Virus record (IMG/VR): IMGVR_UViG_3300031555_001441
Span: 1-64,000 of that record
Strand: one strand, 5' to 3'
DNA from: a virus
Lineage: Duplodnaviria > Caudoviricetes
Length of the DNA: 64,000 nucleotides
The notes beneath the pieces were generated by a model, which was given only the letters and a program-made list of their open reading frames with translations, was not told the origin of the DNA and made no database searches. Both the position numbers and the translations under genes were made by a program. Every line of letters begins with the position of its first letter. The stretch's first letter is position 1. This document shows, piece by piece, positions 19,883 through 29,963 of this stretch.

Positions 19883-22800
19883 TTATCGTGACGTACCACC
19901 AAGCGCAAGTCCAAGTAATGAAGACTCTAACGAAGTTGACGGAGATGCTGAAGGTAATGCACCTTGTTGTACTAGCTGAGTCAATAACAGCAGTATCTGC
20001 GCAAGGATTGTATTTGTTTGCACAGTTGGATCAGCAATATCAGTTACACCATTTGTCAATGCTAGTGCTAACTTTTGAATAGCTGATGCTGTTGCATCTT
20101 TTTCTGTACTCAATATACTTGCATAATCAATATCTTTGAAAGCACTATGATAAACAGTTCTAGATATGTAATAGTCGGTCCAAGCTTTCTGCCACTCTGT
20201 GATATGATTATCAACACTAGCAAACAATTCAATCACTTGATTTTGATATTCATCTTGAGCGCGAGCCCTATCTTCAGCTGCTGCGGCTTGCTGTCTCTGC
20301 ATTTCAATACCACGTTGTGTTTGCATAGTAGCAAAAACATTTTGAATAGACTGTTCGGAATATCCGGCATCTTCAATAGCTTGTTTAAGATCTTGTATTC
20401 CTTTTGATTTAGCCGATGCTGCCCATTCATCATATGTATTGAATCCTAACATGTAAGTTTCATCAATCATTTCCTGGAACTTACGAACAGCAGCTTGATC
20501 CGTAGCTGAAGGTGTAACAGATGAAAGTGCATATCCGGAACCAACTGAAGGAGTTGAAGATGCAGACATACCACCACCTGAAAGCTTTCGACCTAATGCG
20601 ATTCCAGCTTTGCTTGCTAACCATCCTACAGTGTCAACTCTACCAGCGAAATTCTGTATATTGTTAACTTTTCGCATCCAATCATATCCGCTTCTCACAG
20701 ATCTACCTGAAACAAGTGTAGCATAATCCGATATCAGATTCAGATCTTTATTTCGTGTAATCATATTATACAACTGATTACCATAGTTATTACCAACAGC
20801 AGTAGCTGTAAGTGACTTACTCAGATCTACTTGCAATGCAACATCATCTGCGATTGTTTGCATCAGGTTGAATCCCTTCTTGAGGGCTGACATAGGATTC
20901 AGCAAATCTAGTATGTTTGTAATAGTTTGCTTAATTCCTTCAAGAAACTGCAAAGCAGCTCCTTTTAAGCTAACAGCATACTCGGCATCCATCAGCTCAC
21001 GAGCAAGCTGTTCGTCCCACATATGCTGTTGAACTGCTCTACCTACATCGCTATCAAGTACAAGCGAAAGACCTTCTTCTAGCATGTACTTGTTTATTTG
21101 CTGATTTCTCAGCTGTTCACGTGTAAGAGTTGTCTGTCCTGAGGAAAGTAATTCTAGATTAGCATTCAACGCATCATCAGAAACTTTCATTTCTGAAATA
21201 GCTTTTGCTAAGTAATTGAAATCAATTCTTGCAAACGCATCACGAGATAATCCGAATACTTGTGAAACCTGATCAGCGACCTCCATATAAGCTCCAGGCG
21301 CCATACCTTGCATACTTGCTAAGTTAGTGAATAGCTGACTAAATACACGTCTCGGGTTTTGCGCAAGCTGACGCAAGAATTCTGTGTTGGATGCGTTGAT
21401 ACCTGCAAGAGATCTGAGTGCTACCGTAGAGGGTTCATTACCTCCAACAGCTGCTTGATAAACAGCATCTGTAATCGAAGTTGCAAGATCTGGAGCAATT
21501 GCCCCTACAATTCCGGCAACTGCAGTCATCACGCCAGATATCTGTCCAATGTTACCTGTACGGCTTGCTTGAGAAATTCGTACTGATTGTTCAAATAATG
21601 ATTGTGCATTCTTCAAGCCTGTAGAAAATCCACCAGATAGTTGACGACTAGAATACAGTATGTTGCTAGCAAATTGACGAAGTTGCTTATTAGCTTCTTC
21701 TATTGCTTCAGATTGAGATTTACCTTGTTTAACTGCATTAGCTACAATAGATGAATAAGATGCAGCATATCCGAAAAAGTCATGTGTTGGAATTGCAGCG
21801 CCTAACACAGATGCTTGATATGCAAATTCTTCTGCAATAGGACCGACAAGACCTTCTCTGAGAACATCCGGAATCTTTTCAAGAATAGCTGAACCACTGA
21901 TAACATCGGTCAATCCTTCTTGACGAAGTCTCTCCGCAAGAACAGCCATCAAATCTTGAGTTTGTCCTTTGGTATATCCTTGTGTCTGACCTATAGTTCT
22001 AAGAGTGCTGTCCCAAGCTGCTTCAACTTTTTCAGCAGATTCTTGGAGTATCTTAAAAGGCTCAGTGACTAGAGATTCAATATCAGCTTGGAATCGCTTC
22101 TTTTCAAGCTCAAGAAATTTCTTGCGCTCATCTTGATAGCGATTTCCCGACGCTTTTAAAGCATTAAATAACGTTGTAACGCCTTCTATAGCAGGACCTA
22201 AAGCTTCTATAGTTTTCTTTATTGCTATGATAGCAGCAATTGCTATTAATATGACATATGGATTTCCAGTCGATGCTGCTTTACCTACAACAGAAGTTCC
22301 TACGTTAGTCATGGCTGTAGAAGAAACGCCGCTGGCTACAGCAGTAGTTGTACCTTTAGCAGCTGCAGCTCCCGCAGCACTTCCTGCACCGCCTGCCATA
22401 CCTTTGAAAATATTAAACGCTTGACCGGCACCTTTTCCGCCTTTGGTAAACATCTTAATAAAATCAGGACCTAGCTCTGAAATGAGTTTTGATTTCATTT
22501 CATTTATTTTGTCCATCATTTGCTTACCGGCACTTGTCTTCTTAAATGCATCGAGTGCATTTTTAGTAAGCTGCTTTCCTAAAAGACCAGGAATATCTTC
22601 GAGTTCTACTCCTAGCTCCTTTGCAAAGTTATTCAAGCCTTTGGCGAGCGCATCTTTCCAGTTAAAACCAAGCAGACCTTCTGAAAGACCTTCAAAAATA
22701 CCTTCTTCAAACGTTTTAGCCGATCTACGACGAAATCCGCTACTCGATGCCGATCGTGGATCGTCGTTTCGAAAGGAATCGTTGTCGTATTGATCACCTC

Positions 22801-23038
22801 GTCTATATCGTGCATCGTTTCTGAATTGACTGTATCGATCACGAAACTGACGAGAAGTGTTGTTGTAATCAAAACCGCCACCTCGGCCTTGAGAACGCAG
22901 TAACTGGGCTACATTTGCATCAATATTTTTAACATGCGTAAGCAACTCCGCAGAAGAAGCTGCTTGATTTTTAAATACATCAAACGCACCGTCGGATCTA
23001 GTTCCAGCGGTATTTTGTGTTTGATCATTATCCGGCAT
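19883..23038 (-). CDS. Tape measure protein
   Basis: 1051 aa, Ala/Gly/Gln-rich helical sequence with a hydrophobic stretch; lies downstream of the chaperone pair. Confidence 0.75.
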   Translation of the reverse strand: MPDNDQTQNTAGTRSDGAFDVFKNQAASSAELLTHVKNIDANVAQLLRSQGRGGGFDYNNTSRQFRDRYSQFRNDARYRRGDQYDNDSFRNDDPRSASSSGFRRRSAKTFEEGIFEGLSEGLLGFNWKDALAKGLNNFAKELGVELEDIPGLLGKQLTKNALDAFKKTSAGKQMMDKINEMKSKLISELGPDFIKMFTKGGKGAGQAFNIFKGMAGGAGSAAGAAAAKGTTTAVASGVSSTAMTNVGTSVVGKAASTGNPYVILIAIAAIIAIKKTIEALGPAIEGVTTLFNALKASGNRYQDERKKFLELEKKRFQADIESLVTEPFKILQESAEKVEAAWDSTLRTIGQTQGYTKGQTQDLMAVLAERLRQEGLTDVISGSAILEKIPDVLREGLVGPIAEEFAYQASVLGAAIPTHDFFGYAASYSSIVANAVKQGKSQSEAIEEANKQLRQFASNILYSSRQLSGGFSTGLKNAQSLFEQSVRISQASRTGNIGQISGVMTAVAGIVGAIAPDLATSITDAVYQAAVGGNEPSTVALRSLAGINASNTEFLRQLAQNPRRVFSQLFTNLASMQGMAPGAYMEVADQVSQVFGLSRDAFARIDFNYLAKAISEMKVSDDALNANLELLSSGQTTLTREQLRNQQINKYMLEEGLSLVLDSDVGRAVQQHMWDEQLARELMDAEYAVSLKGAALQFLEGIKQTITNILDLLNPMSALKKGFNLMQTIADDVALQVDLSKSLTATAVGNNYGNQLYNMITRNKDLNLISDYATLVSGRSVRSGYDWMRKVNNIQNFAGRVDTVGWLASKAGIALGRKLSGGGMSASSTPSVGSGYALSSVTPSATDQAAVRKFQEMIDETYMLGFNTYDEWAASAKSKGIQDLKQAIEDAGYSEQSIQNVFATMQTQRGIEMQRQQAAAAEDRARAQDEYQNQVIELFASVDNHITEWQKAWTDYYISRTVYHSAFKDIDYASILSTEKDATASAIQKLALALTNGVTDIADPTVQTNTILAQILLLLTQLVQQGALPSASPSTSLESSLLGLALGGTSR

Positions 23039-23058
23039 ATCTGTACCTCATAATAACA

Positions 23059-23101
23059 ATGCGAAATGACTCTTGTCTCATTAGACAATTCCATTTCGCA
23101 T
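23059..23101 (-). promoter_or_regulatory. Hairpin between the chaperone ORFs and the tape measure RBS
   Basis: ATGCGAAATG/CATTTCGCAT outer stem and TTGTCT/AGACAA inner stem; no U-tract. Confidence 0.55.
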
Positions 23102-23105
23102 CAAT

Positions 23106-23366
23106 CTATCGCTTTTGTTTGGATTTAAGAAGCTGTTCGCGCTCCTTAAGCTCTTTAGAAAGAGATTCAACATACTTTTTCCGAATGAATATAGGCTGAT
23201 TCATAACCCATTCAGCTGAAACTGCCCCTTCGGAAGCTCTTGATACAAATAGAACTTCATCTAATACATTCTCATAAAGCTGTTGGCGAAGCTCCTGCTC
23301 AGTTTTGAGCTGGCCGTTTACGTTTATCAGCTCGCCAGGCGGCAAGGTCGCCCAAGGTTGGACGAA
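23106..23366 (-). CDS. Tail chaperone C-terminal extension (gpT-like), probably reached by frameshifting
   Basis: Overlaps the chaperone 3' end in the +1 frame; no convincing RBS; lies before the tape measure gene. Confidence 0.55.
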   Translation of the reverse strand, partial: FVQPWATLPPGELINVNGQLKTEQELRQQLYENVLDEVLFVSRASEGAVSAEWVMNQPIFIRKKYVESLSKELKEREQLLKSKQKR

Positions 23367-24093
23367 AGAAGCGATCATCGACCAGAGCCATGAATGTTCC
23401 AGACATTGATTGACATTTAGGACACTGCGTAGCCCCACCTAGTCTCAATCCGTAATTCGTACGCTCTGTGATGCTTTCCTTCAATATAGTATAATCAGCT
23501 GCACTCAACTCATTTTGAATAACTAATTTCTTATCAATCGGCGTCATCATTGTGTTGCCTTTGATAGAAGTTATCATGTAGCACATGCGTGCTAAATCAG
23601 CATTACGATTCTTTCCGTCTGCTGATTGGAAAGCTGTGTCCTTGCGAGCATTCAGCATATCTTGAATTGTAGGAAGTTTAATGTGAACATCACCTTCAAA
23701 ATCAATGAATTCATCTTTGCTGATGATGATATCGTTTTTGAAATTCTCCGGTAACGGACGACATTCGATAGATCGTAGATCTACCTTAAACTCGCCATAT
23801 GAAGCTTGACCACAATTACTACAGAGAATTGTATTTGTAGTATGGTAAGGTCCATAATTAAGAATACGAAGACATCTACAGATCCAATGATAATCAATCT
23901 CGAGAAGTTGCTTGAAATTAACGTGCTCTTTAACGGCAGCCGGTAGTATTGTTTCAAGCATAGTGTTGTCAAAATCTTCCGAACCTACATAATCAAGTTC
24001 AGATGCTGTGGGAATGCTAGAAAGTGTTAGTACATCAGGAATATCGGTATATAAACCTTTACCTAACAGTTCTACTTGTTCAGAAATTGCCAT
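23299..24093 (-). CDS. Tail assembly chaperone / gp26-like baseplate hub assembly protein with CxxC motifs
   Basis: LRILNYG..CSNCG..KLPT..CPKC..FFRP architecture; upstream of the tape measure gene. Confidence 0.7.
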   Translation of the reverse strand: MAISEQVELLGKGLYTDIPDVLTLSSIPTASELDYVGSEDFDNTMLETILPAAVKEHVNFKQLLEIDYHWICRCLRILNYGPYHTTNTILCSNCGQASYGEFKVDLRSIECRPLPENFKNDIIISKDEFIDFEGDVHIKLPTIQDMLNARKDTAFQSADGKNRNADLARMCYMITSIKGNTMMTPIDKKLVIQNELSAADYTILKESITERTNYGLRLGGATQCPKCQSMSGTFMALVDDRFFRPTLGDLAAWRADKRKRPAQN

Positions 24094-24142
24094 ATGTTCT
24101 CTCCTAACAGTTTTAGTAAGAATTTTATTTATGTAAAAATAT

Positions 24143-24175
24143 AAAAGGTTCTACAAACTATAAGAATGTAGAACC
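24143..24175 (-). terminator. Terminator overlapping a promoter-like motif
   Basis: 9-bp stem GGTTCTACA/TGTAGAACC followed by TTTT on the minus strand. Confidence 0.65.
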
Positions 24176-24199
24176 AAATTTGATGTTGTGTTCACTCGA

Positions 24200-25501
24200 T
24201 TAAGTTGTTGCTGCGTAGAACATGTTGAAAGCTTCATCTACTGCAGATGTATCTGCCTCGATGTATTTGACTTCTTTCGGATCCGGTCTTCTGTCCGTCA
24301 CCTTGCAGCGAGTCAACTGCGTTTCCTTGACATCTTCGTAAGTTGTGTGAGCCTTGACTGTACCGACGAGCTTAGAAACACGTTCAATATTCGCTATCGG
24401 AGAAGATGCAAACCATGTGCAGATGTCGTCGTTCACGGTTGTGAACTTGTAGAGGAATGTGGTACCATACATCGTATCAAATGTTGTTGCCAGATACGCC
24501 TGCGAGACCTCGATCTCTACACGAGATCCAATAACGCCTATCCAATTACTCTTAAGTGCTTTTTCGTGTGCAGCTTGGCGCTCGCGGGCGATCTCAAGAT
24601 CTCTCAAATGTCTGTGATAAGCAGTAACGGCAGAAGCAACGATACTGATTTCATTTATTTTGCAGAACTTAGACTTGATGATCGTCTGAAGATTGTTGAT
24701 GTAAGACGAACCGTCTGCTGTTTCCGGATCAAGCAGCCATGTGATGATATCAGAAACCTGCTGAAGGTTTTCAGATCTTTCAGCATCAAAATCAACAGAA
24801 GCGATCTTTTTCTCAGTGGTGGTGGGAATTCTCTGACCGAACTCATACCCTTCAATGAGATCTTCTGTTAAGGCGCCAGTCGCCCAAGGCTCACCTGAGC
24901 GAACATATCCGAAATGTCTAACGCACTCACCTGCATACTTGAGAACTGTCGCAACGTTGAGCCATGTCGGACCTTTACTGAGTTCGAGCATATCAGCATC
25001 GGCAGCTCTTTCAACTTGCTCGATGAAAGATGAAATCATTGCAGCATGTTCAGCTGTAAGCGTTCCTGTGAATTCCTGGAGGCAAGACTTACCAACTTGC
25101 TTCCAAGCATTCTGATTCGCATTATAGAGCAGACACGTTTCAGTTCTGTATCTATGCGTGTTGCAATGTTCGCATATGCAAGATGTAGTGAAATACTTCT
25201 GCGGGACTTCAACAGAAGTGTCGAACTGACGAATGACGTTACCTTCGTCGCGATGCGAAATGACAGCTACAAACTGCCATCCGCTTTCGGCAAGAGCTGT
25301 GCCGCTGACTTCGACTTCGATGTACTTGATGAAAACAGTCTTCGATGCTCCTTCACCGAGATCAATACGAGTTTTGATCACTTGTTCGCCGAGCTTCTTG
25401 TAAGAGAAGTTGCAGTTGTATTTGTTGCACTTCTTTTCGATAACTTTCAGCTTCGCCTCAAGCTTCGCTATGTTTATTTCGGGAATGAGATACTTAGACA
25501 T
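24200..25501 (-). CDS. Phage hypothetical protein with CxxC motif and C-terminal OB-fold-like region
   Basis: CEHCNTHR..QVGKSCL; C-terminal GTVKAH..Y..VKETQLTRCK; AAGGAG RBS; GC-richer codon usage. Confidence 0.65.
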   Translation of the reverse strand: MSKYLIPEINIAKLEAKLKVIEKKCNKYNCNFSYKKLGEQVIKTRIDLGEGASKTVFIKYIEVEVSGTALAESGWQFVAVISHRDEGNVIRQFDTSVEVPQKYFTTSCICEHCNTHRYRTETCLLYNANQNAWKQVGKSCLQEFTGTLTAEHAAMISSFIEQVERAADADMLELSKGPTWLNVATVLKYAGECVRHFGYVRSGEPWATGALTEDLIEGYEFGQRIPTTTEKKIASVDFDAERSENLQQVSDIITWLLDPETADGSSYINNLQTIIKSKFCKINEISIVASAVTAYHRHLRDLEIARERQAAHEKALKSNWIGVIGSRVEIEVSQAYLATTFDTMYGTTFLYKFTTVNDDICTWFASSPIANIERVSKLVGTVKAHTTYEDVKETQLTRCKVTDRRPDPKEVKYIEADTSAVDEAFNMFYAATT

Positions 25502-25613
25502 AATATGGACTCCTTCTCTTGAAGAATTGATGTTTGATTTTTACAAGTATATTATAAGCCCTTATGATTATGTCAGTATTATATATTTATTAAATTTTTA
25601 TAAATTTTAGAGA

Positions 25614-25853
25614 CTACTGTTTTGCTATTGGAACTACTAGAGCCTCAAAAGAAGTTTTGCATCTTGGGCATATCAGTATCGACAAAGATACGGTGGGTGC
25701 AGCAAATATGCGCGAAACATCAGGATCTTCTGTCAGATCACTTGATATTAGATTTATTGTTTTACCGGCTCTGATTTCATCTTCATTTAATATCAGACGT
25801 CCACAGTTTCCGCAACGAGGTATAAATACAATCTTGTCTGTAAGGTCAATCAT
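25614..25853 (-). CDS. Small zinc-binding hypothetical protein
   Basis: CGNCG..CPRC; AAAGGA RBS. Confidence 0.55.
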   Translation of the reverse strand: MIDLTDKIVFIPRCGNCGRLILNEDEIRAGKTINLISSDLTEDPDVSRIFAAPTVSLSILICPRCKTSFEALVVPIAKQ

Positions 25854-25874
25854 TTATATATGTTCCTTTCTAGT

Positions 25875-26225
25875 TTATAATAATGAACCATGATAGAGTT
25901 TTGCATTGTGTAATGCATTTAGCATACGCGACTGAGGCTCTGTAACTGTGTTGTAGATAATGAACTCATTCCATACAGCTACAGCACCAGTTTGGATACA
26001 CAGCCACGTCATAAAATCACCATAGTATTCAACAGGGCAGCGCTTCATCAGTTCGTCACGTGTAATATTGTGTTGATTACACGCAAGCTTGATTAAATAT
26101 TCTTGATGAGATGGAATCGCATACTCAACAGTTCCATCTCTCAGAATTATCACTTCAAGATAATCCACATAATGTTTCTTATGCTGCTCTATGTCAAATT
26201 TAGAATATAAGTTATAATCATCCAT
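25875..26225 (-). CDS. Hypothetical protein
   Basis: 116 aa ORF in a tightly packed run. Confidence 0.6.
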   Translation of the reverse strand: MDDYNLYSKFDIEQHKKHYVDYLEVIILRDGTVEYAIPSHQEYLIKLACNQHNITRDELMKRCPVEYYGDFMTWLCIQTGAVAVWNEFIIYNTVTEPQSRMLNALHNAKLYHGSLL

Positions 26226-26430
26226 ATAAGTTTGCTATCAGATGTATCAAATACATACCTACAAGTATCGTTGCTACAAATGCTACAATCGCTCCGAAAG
26301 TACCTGCACCTAATCGTAAACTACGTGGCTGTGTTTTGAAATACTTAGTTATCATTATTATGGGAAACATTGCAGAGCCGATTGTTAATAGGCTCACTAG
26401 GACATACAACACATCTTGCGTTGACATCAT
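26218..26430 (-). CDS. Small membrane protein (2 predicted TM segments)
   Basis: Two hydrophobic segments; GGAGGT RBS. Confidence 0.6.
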   Translation of the reverse strand: MMSTQDVLYVLVSLLTIGSAMFPIIMITKYFKTQPRSLRLGAGTFGAIVAFVATILVGMYLIHLIANLYG

Positions 26431-26656
26431 CGCGTACCTCCTTATATAATTTAGTTAGTTCTAGAGCTGCAAAATATTCGTACCCGGTAGGACCTTCGTT
26501 CATATACACATCAACTAGATTATGTTCTAACAGGTAATGTGCAAGATTATGTGCTAATTCTGATTTAATCGTCAACCACATAGGATCACTATCAGATTTG
26601 GGAGCTTCAAAGGGCAGCAACAAAGCTGATCCAATCACTTTCACATCACGTATCAT
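26345..26656 (-). CDS. Hypothetical protein
   Basis: 103 aa; AGGAGA RBS. Confidence 0.5.
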   Translation of the reverse strand: MIRDVKVIGSALLLPFEAPKSDSDPMWLTIKSELAHNLAHYLLEHNLVDVYMNEGPTGYEYFAALELTKLYKEVRDDVNARCVVCPSEPINNRLCNVSHNNDN

Positions 26657-26921
26657 CGTACAGTTTCTCCTGAATGATATATATTTTACTTATTGTTTTG
26701 TATGTAAAATGATCTACAAGTTCGATGATACTCTCAATATCATCTGCCTCAAAACTAGTTAAGCATTTATCAAGCAATTTGGTATAGTCACCTAAAAATG
26801 TTAATACCTCTCGAATTGCATGCTTAAAACAAGTACAAGCCGATGTTTGATATAGCGAATCATCTGAAAATATAAATAAATACATCTGTTTCATAACAGT
26901 TGACGTATCGTCTGTGTTCAT
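26646..26921 (-). CDS. Hypothetical protein
   Basis: 91 aa; GAGGTG RBS. Confidence 0.6.
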   Translation of the reverse strand: MNTDDTSTVMKQMYLFIFSDDSLYQTSACTCFKHAIREVLTFLGDYTKLLDKCLTSFEADDIESIIELVDHFTYKTISKIYIIQEKLYDDT

Positions 26922-26936
26922 TAGTTTTCACCTCTT

Positions 26937-27323
26937 CTATAAAATATACTGTAGAAATGTATTACAGTCATTGTTCTTAATCTTCTTATCGTCTGCACTT
27001 GCAATAAGCAATGCAGTGCCCCAATCAAGTTCTGCACCGCAGTTACTGCAGAACCGCTGATGACATACATAGCTGTTACACTCGGCACATCTGAAAACAG
27101 TCTTATTATCAACATTATCTGCTATCACATGCGAAGATACATGATGATCACATTTAGAAATTTCTTTCAAGATTGCAAACAATATATGACAACACTTATC
27201 AGCATACTCTAGTACTGTTTCACATTCATTTGCAGAATCTATCAGATGATCTAATTCTGCAGTTTCTACTGCAGTAGGTAGTCGTAATTCGTCCCCTTTG
27301 AAATTTATAGTTTCAATTTTCAT
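26937..27323 (-). CDS. Zinc-ribbon hypothetical protein
   Basis: CAEC..FCSNCGAELDW. Confidence 0.6.
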   Translation of the reverse strand: MKIETINFKGDELRLPTAVETAELDHLIDSANECETVLEYADKCCHILFAILKEISKCDHHVSSHVIADNVDNKTVFRCAECNSYVCHQRFCSNCGAELDWGTALLIASADDKKIKNNDCNTFLQYIL

Positions 27324-27522
27324 CTTTCATTTCTCCTGCGCATACAACTCGAATTCCAAACGGGCGAATCGGATTAGCTATCTTACTTGAATCAAGAAGT
27401 GATTTTGCAAGAGCATATGCTGCATCTTTGGCTGATTCCACATCAGGTGCTTCAATGTCTTCTAGATATGCAGATAAATTGATGCTAACATCTGCCCAAT
27501 ACAGTTTCTTCTCATCAGACAT
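27313..27522 (-). CDS. Hypothetical protein
   Basis: 69 aa; AAGGAG RBS. Confidence 0.6.
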   Translation of the reverse strand: MSDEKKLYWADVSINLSAYLEDIEAPDVESAKDAAYALAKSLLDSSKIANPIRPFGIRVVCAGEMKDEN

Positions 27523-27577
27523 ATTATTTTATCTCCTTATGTAATATTTACGATATAACACTCACAAGATAATGACT

Positions 27578-27913
27578 TCATTTAACATCATAGACCTCTG
27601 TGTTCCATCTATCAACTGCAAGTGAATTGACCTTGATTTCATCTTCAAAATAAGGTCTAAGAAATTCTTTTTGATATTCAGTTAAAAACTTGGTCCAGCC
27701 TATACGCCATTCATGGCATAGAAAACAAGAGATTCCAATATACACCCAACCGTGTTGTAGTAATATATCATCGTCAGGAATTGTCCTAAGTTTGTCATCT
27801 AAACCGCATGCTATGTTAAATCTATCAATTATCTCGTGTGCAGTTGATACATGATCATAGCTGCTACATTCATAAAGTTCTCCGTCAGGAGATAACCATC
27901 CTGTTTTAAGCAT
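27578..27913 (-). CDS. Hypothetical protein (GWLSPDG..H motif)
   Basis: 111 aa ORF with a motif common in small phage genes. Confidence 0.6.
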   Translation of the reverse strand: MLKTGWLSPDGELYECSSYDHVSTAHEIIDRFNIACGLDDKLRTIPDDDILLQHGWVYIGISCFLCHEWRIGWTKFLTEYQKEFLRPYFEDEIKVNSLAVDRWNTEVYDVK

Positions 27914-27914
27914 A

Positions 27915-28316
27915 TTATGATTTATCAGCTAGATCTGCATTTAATTGTGCAGCTTTTGCTGCTGCCTCCTCTCGAGTTTTGAAGATACTTGTTCCATACA
28001 CATAATCATCATGTGCGTTCCAAGAATATATGTGAGGTCGAACATAGAAGGCTGTTTTTCTATATTTGCAACCTTCGCAGTCATCAACATACATATATTG
28101 TTGCGGACATTTCTCGTCACTCTTATCAGTACAGATACTGTGTTCAGTTACTATGTAACTAGTTACACCTTCAGGAAGAAAATGCGGTTCAACGCCATGT
28201 TCAACTAAGTAAGCTACAATCGCATCTAGATCAGCTGAATCAAAATTGATTGCTCTGAATTGAAATATTTCTATAAGGAGCTGCTTCAAGTTATCTATCA
28301 TTGCACTAGTTGTCAT
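27915..28316 (-). CDS. Hypothetical protein (start revised to ATG 28316)
   Basis: GAGGAGG RBS and AATCGTTATA motif directly upstream. Confidence 0.65.
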   Translation of the reverse strand: MTTSAMIDNLKQLLIEIFQFRAINFDSADLDAIVAYLVEHGVEPHFLPEGVTSYIVTEHSICTDKSDEKCPQQYMYVDDCEGCKYRKTAFYVRPHIYSWNAHDDYVYGTSIFKTREEAAAKAAQLNADLADKS

Positions 28317-28385
28317 AAATGTTACCTCCTCTGTTACTATATATAACGATTCAACTTTTAACCGCAATCATGATGATTTTAGTTT

Positions 28386-28784
28386 TCATTTCTCCCAATC
28401 TCTGTACCTCTTCCAGTTATCTCCTAATGAAATTTCAGGTTCATATTTAATATTTTCTAACTCAACATAAACCTCACCTTTATTAACAGATATGTGAAAG
28501 TCAGAAATAATTTCATCTGCATTGTTCTCTATAAACTCGTCTATCTGTTTATCAAACAATGGAGTATAATATACTCTACCATATTCAAAATCCCTTCTAT
28601 CACTATAGATTAATACTTGAGGCTTTTCTTCCGGATACTGACTGGTGATTTTATCCCAGAAATTACCTAGAGTCATTGATTCTTCAAGCACTTTAATCGC
28701 TTCGCATAAAGCAATGTTATTCTCTGTCTTTTGCTGATACAGAAGTAGTGACTTGATAACTTCTAACGCTTCTTTATAGGTCAT
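28386..28784 (-). CDS. Hypothetical protein
   Basis: MTYKEALE start overlapping the upstream stop (ATGA). Confidence 0.55.
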   Translation of the reverse strand: MTYKEALEVIKSLLLYQQKTENNIALCEAIKVLEESMTLGNFWDKITSQYPEEKPQVLIYSDRRDFEYGRVYYTPLFDKQIDEFIENNADEIISDFHISVNKGEVYVELENIKYEPEISLGDNWKRYRDWEK

Positions 28785-29416
28785 TCTTCTTTCTCCGTAT
28801 TTAATGGACCACAAGACGTATTTTTATTTGCTATCCTCATTATAGTAGGTATAACAACAGTATCTATGCAAACAACAAAACTATCATCTTCACCGTGTTG
28901 TTTTACAAGTTCTTGTCTCTGTCTTTCAAAATCTTTGATTAAATCGTCAATATATTGGTCTGTGGACATTTCAATTCTTTTTAATTGTACATCTACATCT
29001 GCCGCAACAATTGCCGAAGTTTTCATTGTTAGCAGCTCTTCATCAGAATACCCTGATGTTAACCAGTCAGCAGATTTAGTAACTTTTTTCATTTGCTTTC
29101 TTCTTATAATATGATCTTGATATTTGTCGCAGATATCGGAAGCATAACAACTGGCACATTTTTCATAATCAATCTCTACACAAGCCCAACCGTGTTCAAC
29201 AAGAAATCTGCGGTCAGAAGAGTTCTGCCAGTCCATTTCGTGCAATCCACGATATTGCGAATCGGCTTCTCTAAATCTTCTTGGTTTAATTTGAAGATAC
29301 TCCATATCCCCGCAAGTATCTGTGCGCATCGCTTCAAGCTTTGCTTTATTTCGTGTTTCTGCAAACACTACAGTTGCATATTCTTCATATTCGTCATGTA
29401 CAACCCACGCTTTCAT
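28781..29416 (-). CDS. Hypothetical protein
   Basis: MKAWVV start overlapping the upstream stop; GGAGG RBS. Confidence 0.55.
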   Translation of the reverse strand: MKAWVVHDEYEEYATVVFAETRNKAKLEAMRTDTCGDMEYLQIKPRRFREADSQYRGLHEMDWQNSSDRRFLVEHGWACVEIDYEKCASCYASDICDKYQDHIIRRKQMKKVTKSADWLTSGYSDEELLTMKTSAIVAADVDVQLKRIEMSTDQYIDDLIKDFERQRQELVKQHGEDDSFVVCIDTVVIPTIMRIANKNTSCGPLNTEKEE

Positions 29417-29718
29417 TCTTTCCCTCCATCCATTCTCGTACCACAATGGCAATAAGGGTATAATTCTCTTAAAAGTTCGGTTTCATTTTCATCTGCTACG
29501 TTTAGACCTTCAAGATAAACACTTCGTTTGCAACAAGAACATTCATATACTTGATACCGCATCTTGATCCACTTCCCGTGCCGGACTTCTTCAACATCGG
29601 TGGTCGATATTTGTTTTTCAAGGACTTCAATTGCTTTGTCAACTGCTTCTCTTAACTGAGAATAACAAGCATCAGGATAATTTGCTTTTAATATTTCAAT
29701 TGCTTCTTCGTTTGTCAT
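29413..29718 (-). CDS. Zinc-ribbon hypothetical protein
   Basis: RHGKW..CSCC..YCHCGTRMD. Confidence 0.6.
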   Translation of the reverse strand: MTNEEAIEILKANYPDACYSQLREAVDKAIEVLEKQISTTDVEEVRHGKWIKMRYQVYECSCCKRSVYLEGLNVADENETELLRELYPYCHCGTRMDGGKE

Positions 29719-29963
29719 TCTTTGTTCTCCTCTGGTTTCATTTTTTCAAGTATTCTGAATGTAGTTTCATCAAAGCACGCGCCATGATGGATAACCTCAT
29801 AAAAGATATATAGCTGTCTGCGTATTTCGTATAAACGCTTGTCTATCTTGTCAGGATTATATTCTTCAAAATACTCGTAGAGAGCATTACACAGAACATT
29901 AAGTTCTTCTTCAGATATATCTATCTCCGCATATCCGTTTCTATTAAATGATTTTAGATTCAT
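29715..29963 (-). CDS. Hypothetical protein
   Basis: 82 aa, coupled to neighbours. Confidence 0.6.
   Translation of the reverse strand: MNLKSFNRNGYAEIDISEEELNVLCNALYEYFEEYNPDKIDKRLYEIRRQLYIFYEVIHHGACFDETTFRILEKMKPEENKE

Noticed and set aside
25540-25610. Sigma70-type promoter (CTGACA..TATAAT) upstream of the 433-aa gene
   Set aside because: Spacing is 14 or 19 bp rather than about 17; not supportable by eye.
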